In this document: in pieces, positions 56,748-64,000 of the stretch
Position numbering within the stretch: the stretch's first letter is position 1
Layout: each line of letters starts with the position of its first letter
Source of the DNA: Rhizophagus irregularis
Taxonomy: Eukaryota
Direction of reading: 5' to 3'
DNA: 64,000 nt
Assembly: GCF_026210795.1 (NCBI RefSeq)
Contig: NC_089433.1
Location: forward strand, 3,472,001 to 3,536,000
Position numbers and translations under genes: made by a program
The notes under the pieces: generated by a model
Told to the model about the DNA's origin: nothing
What the model saw: the letters and a program-made list of their open reading frames with translations, nothing else
Database searches by the model: none

Positions 56748-58989
56748 GTTTTTTTTTAAAAAAAAAAATACAAATGGTTAATTTAAATACGTAATACTTA
56801 CTTACTATTTGCTATTGTTTCACCATTATGCCGGAGGTAGATCTTTCGGTTACGCCAATCTACCTCTTAGAGATACCGAAATTTTCCTAATACAAAGATT
56901 AATATGTATAGTTTTGCATATTATCGTTATCTTTATAATTAATTTTTAACTTTTTTCCTTTTTCGTTATACTGAGAGAAGAAATTTGGTTTTATTAAAAC
57001 TAGAAAGAACTTATTTACGTACCAAAAATTTTTGATTCTTGCAAAAGAAACTTTACAATACTTAAACAAGGCTTAAAGAATTTGATTTTTTTAGCTAACA
57101 TTTCGATTTTTTCTTCATTTCCCAAGGTAGGAAATATGAAGAAAGTAAACGAAGATGTACTTATTGTATTCGATTAATATCTAATCAGCAAGTTCAGAAA
57201 ATATCTGTAATCCAATTTTTAAAAAGGTTTCAAGTCATTCGTTTCAAAAACGTTTTTCCAAATGAAGTATGATTACATCAAGTTAACCCTCGAATAGATC
57301 ATGAATAGGATTGATATTATAATATTACGGTATATTTAGAAGTGAATATAGAATTAATTGATATTAGGACAATTGATATTTATTTATAATATGAGCTGGA
57401 TAAATTATTGTGAATATTATATTCGGTATTATGAGTATACAGCTTACCTTTCAACTGAAAAATCCAAGATTTTCGATTTTTATTACTATTAAAAGAGAAC
57501 GTATTCGAAGATTCTTCTTAATCTCGCAAATTGAAAAATAAAGTTCTCCAAATTAAAATTTCTTGCATTTCGTTTATAAATAAAAAAATAATAATGGTGT
57601 AATATGATTGATACACCATATCATATATATTAACAATATGCATGTGATGTAAATTGGATTCGCGCAGTAGGCGCAGCGTACATTACTTTTATTTCCCGAG
57701 TATTTCGTTGAAAATATTAGGCGGCTATCATTATTTTAATCTAATATATAAAGCGCATATGAAATTAGTAGGTTGCGCGTATGAATTAGAATTTTTTGAG
57801 TTTATAACACTGCATGTCACAAAATAAAAATAGAATAATTAATCGTATTTAGATACACTTGGAATAAAATTGTAATAACAATAATAACGTAAAAAGTTTA
57901 GTTACACAATGATGTAACATACAAAAATGCGACCAAATTAATATCCCTTGTAAAAGTGATGCACGAATTTAAGCTAATGTTATCACACTGCTCGTCTTCC
58001 ATTTGGTTCTACAAGATTGTAACCTGCCTTCAAATCATTATAAAGTATCAACCGGCTAATTTTGACGGATCCGCCCGGTCCTTAGCCGGTCTTTGGAATA
58101 TTTGAAAATGTAGCAACAACTGCGCCTTAAAATTTTTGGGGTACAGTAGGTTCTGTCTCAATCTGATCAATCAGTTCAGAACAAAGAAGAATTTAAGAAA
58201 ACAAACATTTTTTTTACCCGCTCTTTCAACATTTTATCCGATGTTGATTAATTGATCACGTATATAGAAACCGATTATCATTTTATAAAACGTGATACCT
58301 TTATTGGTTTGATACCTCCAGGAATTAGAAGATCTAGTGAATTATTTTCATTATAAAAATTATGATTAATAATTATATAATAATTATAATTTTTTAGCAA
58401 CATGATTTACCGTATAGAGGATAGAAAAATTAGAAAGGGTAGGACAACCAAGATCGTAAAGATTGACTTAACATCTTTTATACTTACTGAAAACACACGC
58501 ATCATCTCGGGATACTGCATCATTACAATTTATAGAGGCGTAAATTATAACGAGGGTCGACCATTAAATCTTAAACTACATGATAGGACCATAATAAGGA
58601 TCTACGGAATATTGAGTGCGGTAGTCGGTACCTGATTGGTGGACTGGCGGTCCCTAAAGGGTGACGTTAAATTCCTTAATTCCTATCTCGATAGGTAGAC
58701 TATCTATGAATTTGCAACACAATATTTTTTCTGTCCAATCTCAAAGAATGAACATCGAGTAATCAGAATAAAAGAAGGACTTATTATAAGGCGAGTCCAG
58801 AATCATTGAGGAAAGGTCACTAATTGGTAATACTACTTTTGATGATATTCAAATGAGTTGAAAATATTTTGCAATGAATGCACTATCCATTTTCATACTT
58901 TTCTCCTTTATTTTTTATATTATTTTACTACTTTTGAAAATATAATGAATTATTTATATAAATTTGTAGTGGATATTAAAAATTAATTC

Positions 58990-59365
58990 ATTGGTAAATT
59001 CGATGGTGCACGGTAAGTCGGCAACTTACTACCTTTCGAAATAGTTCCGGGGAGTAGAGCAAGAAGTGCCAGTCCTGACCCATCGGGACGATTCCATAGA
59101 GATAATCGAAATCATCATCAGCTCGTTTTCCTTTCTTCATTTGTTTTGTAAAACAAATGCACTTTCGAGTTTATGCTGCTCGTCCTCCGTAATGCAAATA
59201 AGTTCCTCGGTTTCTTGGAATAAAGAAACATTAGTACTTTTTTCTTGATTGAGGTAAATATTTCATAAATAAAAAAAGTCTCAACCTTTGCATAATCGAC
59301 CCGACCTTTGCTATCTTCGCCAATAATTCCATACTGGGGCGCATAAGAAGTTTCTTTTTCACTTC
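58990..59365 (-). pseudogene. Crinkler (CRN)-type PD-(D/E)xK REase-like C-terminal domain relic
   Basis: Minus strand reads MRP-QYGIIGEDSKGRVDYAK, intron, EELICITED, then KRADDDFDYLYGIV..DWHFLLYSP..IEFT, with frameshifts and stops. Not in the ORF track. Confidence 0.7.
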
Positions 59366-59832
59366 ACTTTAAAGGTGTATATATATTTTAATTTAATAAA
59401 TTTAAGGATAGGACCAAACACAGGAGAAGTAAATGCGAATAAAAAAGAATTCTATGCAGAAAAAATTACGTTTGGTTAAAATAGAAGGAGATATAGTCTT
59501 TTATTTTTATTATCAGAAAAAAAAAGTGTACAGTACAGTATCGAATATTCAATCGAGAACTTAAGTCATTTTTTCTGCATTAATAAATGAAATTAAAATT
59601 AAGGACAAATTTATTTAATATGCATGTTATTTTAAGTAGAACATATTGAAAATATAGGCAATTGAACAAAAAGGAAAGATTTAAATGATAAAAAACTTAT
59701 TAATAAAGCTTATAAATAATTAAGTAAAATAATTAGATCTAAAAAGAATCTAAAAAATAATCAAAATCATAATCTTATAATAGGCATTTCTATTATCTAT
59801 ATAGATTATTTATCTAAAAAAAAAAAGATTTT

Positions 59833-60854
59833 TTAAATCGCTAAAGAATGAAATTTATTCATGCGATGACTTAAAACGCCAAAAACAGGATTTGCACTAC
59901 GTTCGCTTAATTTAGAATCACTTCTAACTTTCAAAATTTCACCTAAACCACGTTTATGATAAGTACAATGTGGGAGATACAATTCTTTTAAGTCATGAGA
60001 AGATCCCCAAATATTCTTTTCGATAGATTTCTTCAATCTATGATCTTCGATATAATCACCATAGATGTGAGCCATCTTTCTCCAGCATGGATCGCAAAAG
60101 AATGATTTTGGAATACGAATTTTCTTTCCATCTCCTTTGATAACGAATCTAAGGTCATGGGTTATAATAGCCTTTGGATCAGCGTTTGTTTTCTTCTTCA
60201 TCCATTTAGTGAGTTTCTTAATGAATTCAAAACTGCAGAAATCTAGTATATAATAGAGAATTACAATGTTACATTTTAAGATATACACTAAAGAACGTTA
60301 AAAGAAGATTGTACTTTAAAAATTAACAACTCACCACCATGATTGTTTTTAGTACAAAGAGCTTTGCGAGCAGGAATTCCAGTGTAATAAGTTAGCAAAG
60401 TACCATAAGCAGCGTAAGAGGTAATATCTTTAATATTTTCAGGATGATCACTCCAATCAAGTTTAACACTTAATTCATGTTTACAGACTTTTTGTATATT
60501 ATTATAAATCTTCTCAACTTTATTTTGGCTACAATGGAAACCTTCATGGCAATATTTATTTAAGCCTTTCTTAATGAAAGTAACGTCATAAGGTTTTGGT
60601 TTTTCACCGGAATCTTTTATAACTTCAAAAATATCACGACCAAAATTGAAAGCAGTAGCACATTGACCGGGATTTTTGAAATGATTCCACATTAACGATT
60701 GACATTTATTACAATGTTTAGTCTTGAAAAGTTCTTGACAAGTATCAGGAAAATCGTGTTCCCATTGTTCGGAATCACCATAATCTCCGTTAGCTTGAAC
60801 TTGTAACGAAAAAATCGTGAATAATGCAAAGAGAAGAAGATATTGAAGCTTCAT
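59833..60854 (-). CDS. Secreted cysteine-rich protein of unknown function (309 aa)
   Basis: Signal peptide MKLQYLLLFALFTIFSLQVQA. Exon 60854-60335, intron 60334-60243 and exon 60242-59833 join in frame (HG-DFCSFEF); 12 Cys. Confidence 0.85.
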
Positions 60855-62542
60855 AATTGTTGCTTATATATATAAGTATGTCTATATATGTATATCCTTT
60901 ATTTAGATTTAGAGGAATTAAATCTTGATGAGGATGTCTTTTGAATAAAGCGGAAAATTGGGATTTTTATATGTATTTCATTTTCTGCGCCATCATCATA
61001 AAAAGGGATAGATATTAATTAATCTTGCATCGTGGATTTCTCCCAACCATAAAAGGAATTTTATCATTGAAAATACAAAAATATCAATCATATCAAATTA
61101 TATCAAATCAAGTCAAATAACATATAAATTTTTTTTTTTATAACGAAGCAAGGAAACTTCTATACCGAAAAAAGTTTGTTTCATTTTTAAAATGATCATC
61201 ATATCACATTAAACAGCGGTATGCACGGCATGAAATTACCCTTTTTTCATTATTGAATGAAAACCATGAAGATCTCAATTATATTAAATTGTTCCATAAA
61301 TATCGAAATAAAGAGAAAAAAATATTTTTAGTTTTTTCGTAAAATCCGAAGATTAATTTCATGCATTTTGTTTCATCGTATTTTTCCTCCTTATTATTAT
61401 TATTTAAAAATAATGAAATTAAATTTTCTCTCAAGGCTTAAAAAAGTTAAAAAGAGTTTTAAAGTTTTTTTGAATATTATTTTAGAAATTTAGATAATTG
61501 TCCAAATATAGTGAATTTGATATTTATCCTAAATTAAAATTTGACCTATTGTTGAAAGATCAAAAAAATAAATATCTTTTGATTTGTTAAATTAATATTT
61601 ATTCATTATAATAATAATTTTTTTTAATTGAAAATAAGGAATATTTAATAAATTATTTAAATTATTTCGAAATATTGTACAACTTCCAATAAAAAAAATA
61701 AAAGTAATGAAAGCTGCAAGAATAAATTACCATTACGCTCTAAAATTAGAATAAATTAATGTAAAAAATTTCATCATAAAAAAAAATTATTATTATTTTT
61801 TTTTTATCGTAAAATCAAAGATTTTTGGGAGTCGTGGCTTAACATCGCATGATTGCATCAAATTAAGTTTGTTTGTTAAATTACTTATTTTAGTTAAAAT
61901 ATTAAGTGGGGAGACCTGATATATCCTAAAATAAAAAAACCGGATTTTCCGGATTTTTTATGTGTAAATAAAAATTCATTAAACTAATCCTATTACAGTA
62001 TGTTGGCCTCACAATCACGTTCTAAAAAAAAATGGAATTTACCTTTTTCTCATTAGTCTCAAATTATTACACTGCCACATTTATTTGAGAATTTTCTTTT
62101 CATAAATTGCGCATAATAAAAGTGTTATTTTTATTTAAAGTGGAGAGTATGTGCAGTATGTATTTATGGATCTTTATAACTTTCACATAATGACGATACA
62201 TTCAGTGCAGACTTTTTTCGGGGAGGGCCTATTTGCAACGACTTGATTATTTTTATCGCAGTTTTCAGAATTTGTACGTTGTGATTAATGAGTGATTATT
62301 ATTACAGGACAATTACGGGACGATTACAGGACGGTAATCTTCCTTTAATATAATAATCGTAATTGTTTAAATTGTTTATCAGATGATCTATAGTGGGTAG
62401 CACGATTTTGGAAAGCGCAATCAGATATTCTTGGCTTGTTCGATTATTTTCGGGAATATGAGATATTTTATATAAAAGTAGTATTATCTCGTTCTTTTTT
62501 TTTATTTTTGTATAATTTTAATTTTAAAAACGATTTTATAAA

Positions 62543-63079
62543 ATGAATATCTTATTTATTGTTTTTTTGATTCTCGTGACATTCGTATCGTCAACTCCAA
62601 TAAGGCGTCAAGATGCGCTCAGTGGTTTTAGACCATGTCAAGGCGATTTCCCAAATGAAATTACCTTATTTAGTTTTACTCCCAATCCACTTGTCGGAGG
62701 TCAAGAATTTACTGTTCGTATCGGTGGTAAAGCAACTATAACTATTGAAAGCAGTACATTGTATAGGCTTACAGTGAATAAAGAAGTAATCTATGAAACG
62801 AGTTTTTGCAAAGAATTTGTCATATCTAGTGGGTTCACTTGTCCAGTAAACGATAATTTTGATTTTACCGCAAAACCTCATCCTATTTCTAAACATACTC
62901 AAGTTGAATATGATGTAAAGATAACGAGTGAGTAATAATAATATAAATTACTTATAAATTTTTTTGATTTTATAAAATTTTGTTCTTTAATAACCTTTAC
63001 TATATTTTATACAGTTACAAATCCGGATGGTAAAGATTTATCATGTATTGAAGGAAAAGTCAGCATAACTCATCCTTAA
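62543..63079 (+). CDS. Secreted ML (MD-2-related lipid-recognition / NPC2-like) domain protein, 149 aa
   Basis: Signal peptide plus a Kex2-like RR. FRPC..FTPNPLVGGQ..FC......CPV; intron 62928-63014; last exon ITNPDGKDLSCIEGKVSITHP*. Confidence 0.85.
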
Positions 63080-63592
63080 TATCATTATAAGTTATATTGT
63101 TTACAGTATATATTGATGTAATATTTGATATCAAAATAAACTTATTAAATTTATTATCATCAAAAAGTTTTATATGTTTGAAGTTTTCGTACGCCAACTC
63201 TCAATCTTTTATTAGAAATAAAATAAACAGTTTCAAAATTCATTTATATGAACAATAACATAAACGTCAGAAAAGAGATTTTTTTTTTTTAGAGGTAAAT
63301 TGAAATGAGTTTTTATTGCTTATATTTCTTGGCGTTATGGATCAAAATAAATCACACTAGTTTACTGTACGTGTGATCTTGGTCGCACGAACATATTCGA
63401 TATATTGATGTTACAAATTTATACAACTGACTAATAAATACACCATTAAATCATTAAAAATGCAGTATGTTAATAAATTTTAGCAATATATTTTTTTATT
63501 TAAATCATTTTATAAAATCATAACGTAGAAAGAAATGGTTTTAGATATAATAAAAGAGTATTATTTTAATTTTCTTTGAGGTTTTCTTCCGG

Positions 63593-64000
63593 TTAAGGAG
63601 CAGAGCGAGAAGCACTTCTTTTACCTATTATTACAAATCAAATAACGGTTAATTCGTCTTGTTCAAATTAAAAAAGAACAATTACTTTTATAAGCTCACC
63701 TTTCATAGTTTTCTTTGGCAACAAATTTTTATGAATGTTGGGCATGACACCTCCCTGAGCAACTGTAACTTGGTTAAATAATTTATCCAGTTCTTCATCG
63801 TTACGAATAGCCAGTTGAATATGGCGAGGAATAATTCTTACTTTCCTGTCACCATGAGCAATTTTACCGGCAAAATCTAATACTTCGGCTACCAAATACT
63901 CGATAACTGCGGAAAGATATACGGGTGCAACAAGACCAATACGTGATGCATAGTTTCCTCTTCGAAGATAACGATTAATACGTCCGACTGGAAATATGAT
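63593..64000 (-). CDS. H2A: Histone H2A variant (5' part outside the window)
   Basis: [68 protein letters not shown]; intron 63699-63625; tail [10 protein letters not shown]. Confidence 0.92.

Noticed and set aside
58051..58090. GC-rich hairpin ACCGGCTAA...TTAGCCGGT as an RNA gene
   Set aside because: No tRNA/snRNA/snoRNA features and no second copy in the window.

Overview
AT-rich, intron-rich eukaryotic DNA. The gene families present (expanded TKL-type kinases, BTB-BACK-TLDc, F-box/LRR, Crinkler-type REase relic, ML-domain secreted protein) point to an arbuscular mycorrhizal fungus (Glomeromycotina, Rhizophagus-like); this is an inference. A conserved-looking core (long-chain acyl-CoA synthetase-like gene, CLC Cl-/H+ transporter head-to-head with a dipeptidyl peptidase IV) is flanked by accessory DNA. 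The accessory part holds two segmentally duplicated kinase genes built from exon-encoded tandem Cys-knuckle/kinase N-lobe modules, an intronless MBOAT2, a kinase/coiled-coil gene, two tandem BTB-TLDc genes, two secreted proteins, a divergent histone H2A (partial), several pseudogenes and many transposon relics. Most notable: (i) the exon-modular kinase arrays, which show signs of module gain/loss by unequal recombination; (ii) an acyl-CoA synthetase homologue that splices cleanly but has lost its catalytic hallmarks and C-terminal domain; (iii) a 689-bp fully fold-back TA-flanked MITE inside a kinase exon; (iv) frequent transposon excision-footprint-like micro-insertions; (v) multi-exon, apparently non-coding spliced arrays; (vi) a 6-nt active-site microexon. 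All exon structures were inferred by eye from GT-AG sites and frame continuity.
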